From contig CALWQM010000011.1 in NCBI GenBank assembly GCA_944383685.1, positions 18,970 through 82,969 on the forward strand: a stretch of DNA of 64,000 nt, written 5' to 3'. Shown here piece by piece: positions 1 through 8,783 of this stretch. The notes under the pieces are model-generated. The model ran no database searches. It worked only from the letters and a program-made list of their open reading frames with translations, and was not told the origin of the DNA. Every line of letters begins with the position of its first letter. The stretch's first letter is position 1. This DNA is from an uncultured Clostridia bacterium (GTDB lineage: Bacteria > Bacillota > Clostridia > Christensenellales > UBA1242). Both the position numbers and the translations under genes were made by a program.

Positions 1-918
1 ATCAAGAATAGGTGTTGTTATAAGGTTTAAAAATGAGGATAACAGGTTTGAAAGAAAAGCCCCAAGCGAAAAAAAGGTCAAATAAAATATTACTGACAAA
101 ATAAGAAAAAAGCATGGAAAAGCAAAAAACTTATTTAGTAAAATTTTATCAAACTTACTTTTGCCATACACAAAATCATTTTTTTCACAACATTCTTCAA
201 TTATTTGGTCTAAAAAATTGTATCTTGCACTTGCAATCAACTCCATACTGTTTTGTGGAAGTACGGAAAACAAATTTTTTATTTTTTCGTCACTATAACC
301 ATTAAGTTTAAAAAAGTTTTCATTTCTCTCAAATGCCTTAACACAAAACTTTTTTCTTTCCTCCAAGGGAATTTCTTTGAAAGCATCTTTTAAACATGAA
401 AAGTCAATTTGGTCTAAATATTCACTTTTAAACTTTTTTAAATCTTTTTGTTTTAGAGTTTGCTTTAAGTTTTTTGTTGCCTCCTTATCTTCTGCATTTA
501 ACACAAAAACGGGAACTGATAAAAAATTTGAAAGTTTTTTTGTATTGACCTTGTATTTAGCCTTTTTGTCGATTTCATTTATAACCACAACAACGTCTTT
601 GTTTTCTTCAAGCAAGCATAGTGTCAGGTATAAATTTCTTTGCAAGTTGTTTAAATCACATAGATTGATAATTTTGCTATAATTGTCACTTTCAATAATT
701 TTAAACGAAACTTCTTCTTCAAAAGAAAGTGGAGATAAAGAATATATGCCTGGTGTGTCCACCAAAAGATAATCTTCATTTTCCACCTTAAACATTTTCT
801 TTTTTTCTTCAACAGTAACACCATGCCAATTCCCAACATGTTCACTTGATTTTGTCAACGAATTAAACAAAGTGGTCTTACCAGAATTGGGATTTCCAAC
901 CAACAAAACTTCTTTCAT
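1..918 (-). CDS. feoB: Ferrous iron transporter FeoB, N-terminal part (runs off the window's left edge)
   Basis: Not in the ORF track because it has no stop in the window. Reverse translation from ATG at 918 gives MKEVLLVGNPNSGKTTLFNSLT...DTPGIYSL (G-domain G1/G3 motifs), open through position 1 (306 codons). It follows feoA. Confidence 0.9.
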   Translation of the reverse strand, partial: MKEVLLVGNPNSGKTTLFNSLTKSSEHVGNWHGVTVEEKKKMFKVENEDYLLVDTPGIYSLSPLSFEEEVSFKIIESDNYSKIINLCDLNNLQRNLYLTLCLLEENKDVVVVINEIDKKAKYKVNTKKLSNFLSVPVFVLNAEDKEATKNLKQTLKQKDLKKFKSEYLDQIDFSCLKDAFKEIPLEERKKFCVKAFERNENFFKLNGYSDEKIKNLFSVLPQNSMELIASARYNFLDQIIEECCEKNDFVYGKSKFDKILLNKFFAFPCFFLILSVIFYLTFFSLGAFLSNLLSSFLNLITTPILD

Positions 919-988
919 TTTTAATCCTTTAAACTGAATAATTTTTTAACAGTGATAAATGTTTGCACTTTTAATATTTAAACCAAAT

Positions 989-1219
989 TTATTTTTCTTC
1001 CACTTCAATAAAGTCAAGAAGTGATGTTTTTATGCTCAAAAGATATCCCCTGATTTCAACTAGGTAAACTTTTTTTAGAATAGATTTGTTAATCACCTTA
1101 ACAACTTGTCCCGAAAGCATTCCAAGTTCCAAAAAACGGCGAATAACTTTTGTATCACCACCAGCTACCTTTTTAATTTTATATAACTTGTTTAATTGTG
1201 CATCTTTTAAAGTTGTCAT
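989..1219 (-). CDS. feoA: FeoA family iron transport protein
   Basis: 76 aa, SH3-like FeoA pattern (LGMLSGQVVKVI...V.IRG). Sits directly upstream of feoB. Confidence 0.8.
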   Translation of the reverse strand: MTTLKDAQLNKLYKIKKVAGGDTKVIRRFLELGMLSGQVVKVINKSILKKVYLVEIRGYLLSIKTSLLDFIEVEEK

Positions 1220-1268
1220 ATAAAAATTTTATGGCTTTCAAAAAACCAATATGAAAAAAAGTATAAAA

Positions 1269-1316
1269 TATGCAAATATTGTGATTAAAAAGTTGATTTC
1301 ACACAATATTTTGTGT
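1269..1316. promoter_or_regulatory. NrdR-box pair overlapping the nrdR promoter
   Basis: acacaatattttgtgt (1301-1316) matches the published NrdR-box palindrome acaCwAtATaTwGtgt at 15/16. A half box tattgtga lies at 1277-1284, centres 32 bp apart. TTGATT (1292-1297) and TAATAT flank the full box. Confidence 0.55.
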
Positions 1317-1343
1317 TAATATATTTTAACAAGGAGAAATAGT

Positions 1344-1787
1344 ATGAAATGTATTTATTGTGGTTGTGAAGAAAGCAAGGTTTTAGATTCCAGAAGCACT
1401 GATGAATCAAACTCAATAAGACGCCGTAGAGAATGCCTTAACTGTGGAAAAAGGTTCACTACATACGAAACTGTTGAAACTGTGCCTATTTTAGTTATCA
1501 AAAAAGATGGCTCTCGCCAACCTTTCAATATTGAAAAAATTAAATGTGGAATGATTAAAGCTTGTGAAAAAAGGCCTGTAAGCATTGCACAAATCGATGA
1601 AATGGCGGAAGATATTGAAAAGTCAATTCAAAATTCACTCGTTCAAGAAGTTAAATCTTCTCAAATTGGCGAAATGATAATGGAAAGGCTTAAAAAAGTG
1701 GATGAAATTGCTTATGTCCGCTTCGCTTCTGTTTATCGCCAATTCAAAGATGTCACAAATTTCATTAAACTTATCACAGAAATGTAA
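1344..1787 (+). CDS. nrdR: Transcriptional repressor NrdR
   Basis: MKCIYCG...[12 protein letters not shown] zinc ribbon plus ATP-cone. AAGGAG RBS. Confidence 0.95.
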   Translation: MKCIYCGCEESKVLDSRSTDESNSIRRRRECLNCGKRFTTYETVETVPILVIKKDGSRQPFNIEKIKCGMIKACEKRPVSIAQIDEMAEDIEKSIQNSLVQEVKSSQIGEMIMERLKKVDEIAYVRFASVYRQFKDVTNFIKLITEM

Positions 1788-1805
1788 AAAATAGCAGTCA
1801 AACTG

Positions 1806-2378
1806 CTATTTTTCTTTTATCTTAACCAAATCTTTTACGTCCTTGTTAAAATTTCCATTAGTCACCTTTATTTTTTCAATAATATAAGAAAGCATTTTAA
1901 TTATTTGTTTTTTTGAAAAATATGTAACATTTATTCGCTTTTTATTTCTCTCTCCCTTAACATCAAATTCAATATAATCTAATGCAGGGCCCCTACCGTT
2001 TACAAAAAATGAAATAGTTCCGCCTTTGGAGTTTTTTCTTGATGGTTTAAGCCTTATATCTTCAATTAAACTATAATTTAAAGTAAAACCATACTGTATT
2101 TTAAAAAATTTAAGAATCAAATAATCAGATGAAACAACCATTTCGTTTTCTGTAAGTTTTACTTTAACAAAGAAAGTTCTTATCCAAATAAACAATAAAA
2201 AAATTCCAATTAAACCGATAAAAATTGATACCACAATTTTGCCTGGCAAAAGGATATCTTCATCTGTAATAATATAGTATAGTCCAAGTATATCAATAGC
2301 TATAAAGAATAGGTATAAACATTGAATAACAATAACCAGCCCTGAAACAGGATGTAAAGTAATACTATCTTTTTTCAT
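1806..2378 (-). CDS. Hypothetical membrane protein (2-3 TM helices plus a soluble C-terminal domain)
   Basis: ORF 1806-2393. Preferred start is ATG 2378 (MKKDSITLH...) because TATAAT (2385-2390) lies 6 nt upstream of it. No family recognised. Confidence 0.5.
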   Translation of the reverse strand: MKKDSITLHPVSGLVIVIQCLYLFFIAIDILGLYYIITDEDILLPGKIVVSIFIGLIGIFLLFIWIRTFFVKVKLTENEMVVSSDYLILKFFKIQYGFTLNYSLIEDIRLKPSRKNSKGGTISFFVNGRGPALDYIEFDVKGERNKKRINVTYFSKKQIIKMLSYIIEKIKVTNGNFNKDVKDLVKIKEK

Positions 2379-2413
2379 ATTTATATTATACAAAATAAAG
2401 AAAGAAAAGGGAA

Positions 2414-2707
2414 TTATTTTTCTTTCTTTTTATTATTTGTATTCATAATATAAGAGCCCTGATTGTTTGTTCCATAAAGTTCCACCAAAATTGCATCTTC
2501 ACCAACCTTCACAATCTGCGAAATGGGAATAAAAAGTTCCATGCCACTTTTAAAGACATTCCAAAAACTCTTTTCCCCAGGAACAACAATACCTTGCACA
2601 CAACCGCTTTGAAGGTTAAAACATATATCCACAATATGCCCCAACCTTCTTCCATCAACCACATTAACAACTTCCTTACATCTTAACTCTAAAAATGAAG
2701 TATCCAT
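2414..2707 (-). CDS. ylmC: YlmC/YmxH family sporulation protein (PRC-barrel)
   Basis: LELRCKEVVNVVDGRRLGHIVD...GIVVPG pattern. Start trimmed to MDTSFLEL. Confidence 0.8.
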   Translation of the reverse strand: MDTSFLELRCKEVVNVVDGRRLGHIVDICFNLQSGCVQGIVVPGEKSFWNVFKSGMELFIPISQIVKVGEDAILVELYGTNNQGSYIMNTNNKKKEK

Positions 2708-2791
2708 GTGGTAATTTATGTCGCAACCTGTCAAAAAATGTCAAATAGAATAAAATTATGAAAAATAAAAAATATCATGTTTCATTGAATC

Positions 2792-3565
2792 TTACTCAAA
2801 AAACTTTTTTAAGGTTTTAAGGGCCGTTTTTTCAAGCCTTGAAACTTGGGCTTGGCTTATTCCAACTTCTTCACTTACTTCCATCTGTGTTTTGCCAACA
2901 TAGTATCGCATTAAAAGTATTTCCTTTTCTCTTTCACTCAAATTTTTTATGGCATCATTTAAAGTCATCTTTTCCACCAAATTTTCATCATCATCTTTGT
3001 CGTTTGATATTTGGTCCATAATTCTTATTGTTTCATTGCCATCATTATAAACTGGTTCACTTAATGAAACTGTTTCACTGATTGCATCAAGAGCAAATGT
3101 AACATCGCTTAAAGGCAACTCCAATATTTTAGCTATTTCTTCAAGAGAAGGTTCTCGATTATATTTTTTTATTATTTCTTCTTTGACTTTAAGCGCTTTA
3201 TAGGCTACGTCACGAATTGAACGGCTAACCCTAACTGAGTTATTATCTCTTAAATATCTTCTTATCTCACCTATTATCATTGGCACAGCATAAGTGGAGA
3301 ATTTCACATTTAAACTTTCGTCAAAGTTGTCAATGGCTTTCAAAAGGCCAACACAGCCAACCTGAAACATGTCGTCACTCTTATCACAATGTCCTGAAAA
3401 ACGTTGCACCACTGAAAGAACAAGCCTTAAATTTGCAACGACAAATTGGTCTCTTGCAAATTCATCACCCTGTTTCACCTTTCTCATTAATTCAGTTATT
3501 TCTGCATTTTTAAGCTTTGGAAGAGTTGAAGTATTTACTCCGGAAATCACAACACGATTAGCCAT
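2792..3565 (-). CDS. sigG: Sporulation sigma factor SigG
   Basis: 257 aa sigma-70 family with FVVANLRLVLSVVQRF...FQVGCVGLLKAIDNFD...YAVPMIIGEIRRYLRD. Follows sigE as in the canonical spoIIG-sigG arrangement. Confidence 0.9.
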   Translation of the reverse strand: MANRVVISGVNTSTLPKLKNAEITELMRKVKQGDEFARDQFVVANLRLVLSVVQRFSGHCDKSDDMFQVGCVGLLKAIDNFDESLNVKFSTYAVPMIIGEIRRYLRDNNSVRVSRSIRDVAYKALKVKEEIIKKYNREPSLEEIAKILELPLSDVTFALDAISETVSLSEPVYNDGNETIRIMDQISNDKDDDENLVEKMTLNDAIKNLSEREKEILLMRYYVGKTQMEVSEEVGISQAQVSRLEKTALKTLKKFFE

Positions 3566-3710
3566 AACAACCTCCTAAATTAAAAGATATCTTTATCTTT
3601 TTTGAAGTTTGTTATGCAAAAATGCGAAAAAAAGACATTTTTTATCAAAAAAATTGCAATTTAAAAGGTTTATTTCATATTTTTTAAGTTTGAGAAAATT
3701 TTATGAAAAC

Positions 3711-4439
3711 CTATATAATATCAAGTTTTTCCAACTTTTTCTTTAACTTATTCAAAATCTTTTTCTCTATTCTTGAAATGTAACTTTGACTTATCCCCAT
3801 CATATCCGCAACTTCTTTTTGCGTTTTTTCTTCTTCGCCATTAAGCCCAAATCTATATATCATTATCTGCTGTTCACGAACATCAAGTTTTTTAATCACA
3901 CTGAAAAGTATTTGTTTATCTGCACCGCTTTCAACACCTTTTGAAACAGAATCTTCGTCCACAGGAATAATGTCCGCAAGCAACAGTTCATTACCATCCC
4001 CGTCCGCTGAAAGTGGTTCATCTAGGCTCACCTCATTTTTAATCCTTGTGTTTTTTCTCAATTGCATTAAAATTTCATTTTCAATGCAACGGCTGGCATA
4101 AGTGGCAAGTTTAATATTTTTATCCAAACTGTATGTCTTTACAGCCTTGATAAGCCCTATCGCCCCAATAGAAATTAAGTCTTCCAGCTCAAGCCCACTG
4201 GACTCAAACTTTTTAGCAATATACACAACAAGTCTTATATTGTGTTCAATAAGCCTATCCCTTGCAACTTTACTTCCGTTTTGTATTTCTTCAAGAAGTA
4301 TCTGTTCTTCTTCAAAACTAAGAGGCTCAGGCAAGGCCTCTCTCCCACAGACATAGTAAACACAATTTTCAACATCTTTCCAACATTCCTTGTTAAGCAA
4401 TTTATAAATTAACATTTTTATTTTATAATAAAGTTTCAT
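3711..4439 (-). CDS. sigE: Sporulation sigma factor SigE (pro-sigma-E)
   Basis: LPEPLS..EE...L......AR..LIEHNIRLVVYIAKKF motifs. GGAGG RBS precedes ATG 4439, so the track start at 4490 was rejected. Confidence 0.9.
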   Translation of the reverse strand: MKLYYKIKMLIYKLLNKECWKDVENCVYYVCGREALPEPLSFEEEQILLEEIQNGSKVARDRLIEHNIRLVVYIAKKFESSGLELEDLISIGAIGLIKAVKTYSLDKNIKLATYASRCIENEILMQLRKNTRIKNEVSLDEPLSADGDGNELLLADIIPVDEDSVSKGVESGADKQILFSVIKKLDVREQQIMIYRFGLNGEEEKTQKEVADMMGISQSYISRIEKKILNKLKKKLEKLDII

Positions 4440-4477
4440 ATTACCTCCTAAATTAAACCCATATTTCATTTTTAATT

Positions 4478-5269
4478 TCAAGCAAAACAATTATTTAAAA
4501 TAATTTCATAATTGGAAAAATTTTTCAAACACACTGCAAGCATAGGTTTTTTAACTTCTTCTTTTCCCTTAACCGAGATTTTGTCAACTTCAAAAGCCAA
4601 AACTTTATTTCCCTGTCCAACTGTATCTAAACAAATGTAATGCCCTAAACTTAGTTTCTTTAAATCAAAATTCTTTGTGAGAAGGTCTTTAAAATCAATT
4701 TCAAAACCAAGTTCTTCAAAAAGTTTAAGCCCAACAAGGCAAACTGGCTTCTTTGTGAGTGGGTCAACAAGCATATTGCCGGTGTCAAGAAAGCCTTTAC
4801 AGTTCAAAACTTTATCACCATTTTCAAGTAAAACATCATAGCAAAAATTTTCAATGGTTTTGCGTTTATTGATATATTTTAAAAGCCATTCAAAAATGCA
4901 ATATGTTACAGCCACAATAGCTAAAATTATCAAAGTGTGAAGTTGTCCAAAGGTTTCAACAAAACAAGCACAAACCCCACCATACAAAAAGGTGGAAAAA
5001 AGAAATGTTAAAAATATTTTTAAAAAAGAAAGAAAACTTTTAAACTTAAAAGTAAGCGACACAAGCAATATACCTAAAAAAATTTTAATTATAAATTCAG
5101 CAAACTTTGGCAAATAAAAAATTGGAAGAATTAAAGAAAACACTGATGCAAACATAGAAATTGAAACAATGTGATTTCCTTTTATTTTTAGTATGCCTTC
5201 AGTTGTTTTGAAAATCAGATAATCAATGAATAGGTTCTGCAGAAAAACATATTCAACAACAATTTCCAT
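4478..5269 (-). CDS. spoIIGA: Sigma-E processing peptidase SpoIIGA
   Basis: Polytopic membrane N-terminus plus the GFLDTGNMLVDPLT aspartic-protease motif. Immediately upstream of sigE. Confidence 0.85.
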   Translation of the reverse strand: MEIVVEYVFLQNLFIDYLIFKTTEGILKIKGNHIVSISMFASVFSLILPIFYLPKFAEFIIKIFLGILLVSLTFKFKSFLSFLKIFLTFLFSTFLYGGVCACFVETFGQLHTLIILAIVAVTYCIFEWLLKYINKRKTIENFCYDVLLENGDKVLNCKGFLDTGNMLVDPLTKKPVCLVGLKLFEELGFEIDFKDLLTKNFDLKKLSLGHYICLDTVGQGNKVLAFEVDKISVKGKEEVKKPMLAVCLKNFSNYEIILNNCFA

Positions 5270-5325
5270 ATTCTCCCCTTTTTCAAATTTTATTAATTTT
5301 ATACTTATTTATCGAAGGAAAATAT

Positions 5326-5370
5326 TAGAAAAAATAGGGTTTTTAGCACTCATTTTGTCTAAAACCCTAT
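5326..5370 (-). terminator. Rho-independent terminator on the minus strand just upstream of spoIIGA
   Basis: ATAGGGTTTT (5334-5343) / AAAACCCTAT (5361-5370), 10-bp stem, followed on the minus strand by TTTTTTC. Confidence 0.5.
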
Positions 5371-5434
5371 TATCAATCTTTAATATTGACAAATGCTACA
5401 AAATATTGTATAATAATTATGTTAAGGAGAGAAA

Positions 5435-6128
5435 AATGAATATTAAAAAATATCTTGAAGAAAGTTTAGTTACCCCAGACCTACTTACAAGTTCTTATTG
5501 TCAATTTGCAATTTATAATGGGGTTGGACCTGTTCCAAAATATGAAGATTCTGTTTATTATGACTCATTCAATCCAGATAGCAAACAAAATAAATATTTA
5601 TATGAAGGCGAAGTAAACGCAAATAAAGGCAAACATCTTTCACTAAGGGAAATGGCTTTTGAAAATTATCTTATGGCAATTAAAAACTTGCTCGGAAACA
5701 ACCCTGATTTAAAAAATCCATTTAAAAAATCATATTATCAAGGACAAATTGACCTTCAAATTGAAACTTTGGTTACACTTGCAAATTCATATATAAACAA
5801 AGATGCTAAAAAAATTAAATACGATGATGTTGAATTTAATAAAATGGCAAAAGTTTATCCAAATCTTGCGAAAATTGAACCATATATGCCAAGCGTAATT
5901 TACTATGTTGCATTAAAACAAGGCTGGGATTTAAAATATCCAAATGAATATTCTTTATCAAGCAATAAACCATTTAGTGGAAAAATTGAAACTCCGCTTA
6001 ATGATGAAGAAATTGAATATAATCCTGCATATAAAGTTAACGACAAAGATATGATTATGAGTATTGGCAGTAGATTTGGCATGAACTACGGAAAATACAC
6101 TAAAAAAGATTTATTTTATTCTTTATAA
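5435..6128 (+). CDS. Uncharacterised protein, paralog family member 1 (230 aa)
   Basis: AAGGAGAG RBS. Perfect TTGACA-17-TATAAT promoter just upstream. Clear similarity to the ORF at 32311-32889. Confidence 0.6.
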
Positions 6129-6137
6129 ATAAAACTA

Positions 6138-6165
6138 AAAAACACAGGCAAAACCTGTGTTTTAT
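6138..6165. terminator. Bidirectional terminator between the paralog-1 gene and ftsZ
   Basis: ACACAGG-caaaa-CCTGTGT flanked by an A-run and a T-run. Confidence 0.7.
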
Positions 6166-7356
6166 TTATTTTTTGCCTTTATTTCTTATTTTTTCAATCC
6201 AAGGTGGAATTGAAGAAATTTTTGGATTAACATCCACACGAGAAGATAATTCATTTTGTTCTATTTTTACATCTTTTCCTGCTTGTGCATTATAGCCAAA
6301 AGGATTAAAACCTGTAAAGTCGTCTTCTTTCTCTTGTTCTGGCTCTTCCTGCTTTTGTTCAGGCTTTTCTTCTTCCTCTTCTTTCTCCTTATCTTCTGGA
6401 CTCTTGAAGCCAGTTGCAATAATAGTGATTTCAACCTCATCATGCATATCTGGGTCTATGCTTGAACCAAAGATAAGGTTACAACTTGGGTCAATAACTT
6501 CCCTAACCATGTTAGCAGCTTCTGTTACTTCTCTTAAAGTGATGTCACTGCCACCCTTGATGTTAAGAACAACACCTGTTGCCCCTTCAATTGTTGTTTC
6601 AATAAGTGGAGATGCAACTGCTTGACGAACAGCTTCCAAAGTTTTATTCTCACCCTTACCACGGCCAATACCCATATGAGCAAGCCCACGGTTTTTCATA
6701 ACAGTTTCAATGTCAGCAAAATCAAGGTTAATCATTCCAGGAAAAACAATAAGGTCTGAGATGCCTTGAATACCTTGTCTTAAAACATCATCTGCATAAC
6801 GGAAAGCTTCAACCAAAGTTGTCTTTTCAGGAAGAATTGTTAAAAGTCTTTCATTTGGAATGATGACAATAGTATCAACATATTTTTTAAGTTCTGCAAT
6901 ACCCTTTTCAGCATTTTCCATACGTTTTTTGTTTTCAAACAAGAAAGGTTTTGTTACAATGCCAACTGTTAAAATTCCAAGTTCTTTGGCTATCTGTGCA
7001 ACAACTGGCGCAGCACCTGTTCCTGTTCCGCCACCCATTCCAGCGGTAATGAAAACAAGGTCTGTTCCCTTTAAAATTTCAGTTAATGAAGATTTGCTTT
7101 CTTCTGCCGCCTTTCTTCCAATTTCTGGAACAGCACCAGCGCCACGGCCACCTGTGAGCCTTTCACCAATTTGCAATCTTTTTTCTGCCTTCGAAATCAA
7201 AAGGGCTTGCTTATCAGTGTTGATGGCAACAAATTCAGCGGATGAAACATTTGCTTCAATCATTCTGTTGACAGCATTGTTTCCGCCACCACCGATACCT
7301 AAAACTTTGATTTTTACCACAGAAGTTGGGTTAAATTCCTGTTGATTGTTTTCCAT
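6166..7356 (-). CDS. ftsZ: Cell division protein FtsZ
   Basis: [20 protein letters not shown] tubulin signature, acidic linker and conserved C-terminal peptide. Confidence 0.97.
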   Translation of the reverse strand: MENNQQEFNPTSVVKIKVLGIGGGGNNAVNRMIEANVSSAEFVAINTDKQALLISKAEKRLQIGERLTGGRGAGAVPEIGRKAAEESKSSLTEILKGTDLVFITAGMGGGTGTGAAPVVAQIAKELGILTVGIVTKPFLFENKKRMENAEKGIAELKKYVDTIVIIPNERLLTILPEKTTLVEAFRYADDVLRQGIQGISDLIVFPGMINLDFADIETVMKNRGLAHMGIGRGKGENKTLEAVRQAVASPLIETTIEGATGVVLNIKGGSDITLREVTEAANMVREVIDPSCNLIFGSSIDPDMHDEVEITIIATGFKSPEDKEKEEEEEKPEQKQEEPEQEKEDDFTGFNPFGYNAQAGKDVKIEQNELSSRVDVNPKISSIPPWIEKIRNKGKK

Positions 7357-7441
7357 AAGAAATTCTCCTTTAATTTATATTATTTTAACTCATATCAAAA
7401 ACCTTTTGCAACTTTTTTAATGAGTTTTAAATAAATTTTAA

Positions 7442-8563
7442 TTACCTGCCACCAAGAGCAGAATTTACAAGCCCAAGTATTGCCGAATTTTCTGGCTTAT
7501 CAAGTGCAGGAATTGGAGGAACCCCATAAGAAACATTTCTGTTCAAGCACTTTGCCAAATAGTCCTTTCCACCCTTTATTTTGGTTATGCCTGCACCGCA
7601 AAGGTAAATTGGATAATAAGGAACAAATTCTTTTGCAAATAACCTTATACATTCATTAATTGTGGAAGCAATAAGTCCAATTCTGTAACATACAGCTTCA
7701 TTAACAAAATTGAGAGGAATCTTAATGATGTTGCCACTTAAAGTCATGAGTTCATAACAGTCTTTATCACTACCTTTAATGGACAAAACAATTTCTTTTT
7801 TTAAATTTCTTGCTTCTTGATAATCAATTCCACAAGCCTCCGAAAGATCACTTGTTATGTAAGAACCACCCATTGAGAAGGATGTTAAGTTTGTCATTGC
7901 ATTTTCTTTAATGAAAGCCACGCTTGTTGAACGAGCACCAACATCAATAACAATGCAAGTTCTTTCTCTTTCCTCTTTTTCTAATATGAGCATACCTTCA
8001 CATAAAGGTTCACTTAAATATTCAACTTGTTCAATGCCAAGTTTTGCCCAAATTTTGTTGAAAGTTCTTATGAAACTTGCTTGCGCAAGCACAATGGAAA
8101 GTTCCCCGCCAAGAGTGTAACCTTTAAGTTTAATAGGCTCTTGAATATTTTTATTATCATCAACCGTAAAGGAGATTGCATTCACTGAAACCACTTCCAT
8201 ATCGTCAATTTTATTTTTTTCGGAAGCCTGGTTGAAAAGCATATCAACATCATTTTGATTTATTGTGTGCTTATATTTAAAATTGAGTTGTTCCTCACAA
8301 GTGATAACCTTTGAAAACTCAGCAGGAACACCAACGAAAACTTTTTTAATATTCTTTTTGTAAACAGAAGTGATTTGACTAAACAAAGTGCTGACTGCAT
8401 CAAAAAGATAAGCACTTTCAACAAATTCACCTTCAAAAAATCCTGCATATTCTGTTGATGCTTTTGCCTTAATGTTAAAGGTGTTATTAACACCACGTTC
8501 GGCAATCATACAAGATAGTTTTGATGACCCAATTTCAATAACAGTTACATTATTTTCAGCCAT
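7442..8563 (-). CDS. ftsA: Cell division protein FtsA (short actin-like form)
   Basis: 373 aa actin/HSP70-fold pattern (IDVGARSTSVA, GGSYIT). Directly upstream of ftsZ. Confidence 0.8.
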   Translation of the reverse strand: MAENNVTVIEIGSSKLSCMIAERGVNNTFNIKAKASTEYAGFFEGEFVESAYLFDAVSTLFSQITSVYKKNIKKVFVGVPAEFSKVITCEEQLNFKYKHTINQNDVDMLFNQASEKNKIDDMEVVSVNAISFTVDDNKNIQEPIKLKGYTLGGELSIVLAQASFIRTFNKIWAKLGIEQVEYLSEPLCEGMLILEKEERERTCIVIDVGARSTSVAFIKENAMTNLTSFSMGGSYITSDLSEACGIDYQEARNLKKEIVLSIKGSDKDCYELMTLSGNIIKIPLNFVNEAVCYRIGLIASTINECIRLFAKEFVPYYPIYLCGAGITKIKGGKDYLAKCLNRNVSYGVPPIPALDKPENSAILGLVNSALGGR

Positions 8564-8783
8564 ATCACTCCTCTATTTAGTATAATTTTAATAAATAAAA
8601 TAAAAAATGTCAAATAAAAAACAAAATAATTTATAAAAATTAATTTTTGTTAATAATTATGCAAAATTTTAAAAATATCATAAATTGGGCAAAATTTTCA
8701 ATCATAAAAGTTAGCAATCTTGGTTAAAAACTTGATTTTATCTTCGTTTTGAACTATACTTTAAAAGAAACGGAGAGAAAAAT

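Noticed and set aside
3566-3710. Attempted to assign sporulation-sigma promoters, for example GCATA-N15-GATAAAGATA upstream of sigG as a SigF/SigG-type promoter. Similar guesses were made for spoIIR and ylmC.
   Set aside because: The matches to the degenerate SigF/G/E consensus are weak in this AT-rich background. They cannot be supported without TSS data, so they are not listed as features.
5226-5434. Track-predicted N-terminal extension of the 5435-6128 gene. Analogous extensions exist for sigE (to 4490), mazF (to 52362), acpS (to 53131), priA (to 51006), tyrS (to 55898), rsgA (to 46098) and spoVG (from 27081).
   Set aside because: The extensions overlap upstream genes or promoters and lack an RBS. 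Internal starts have GGAGG-type RBS or a -10 at the leaderless distance, and they match the conserved family N-termini.
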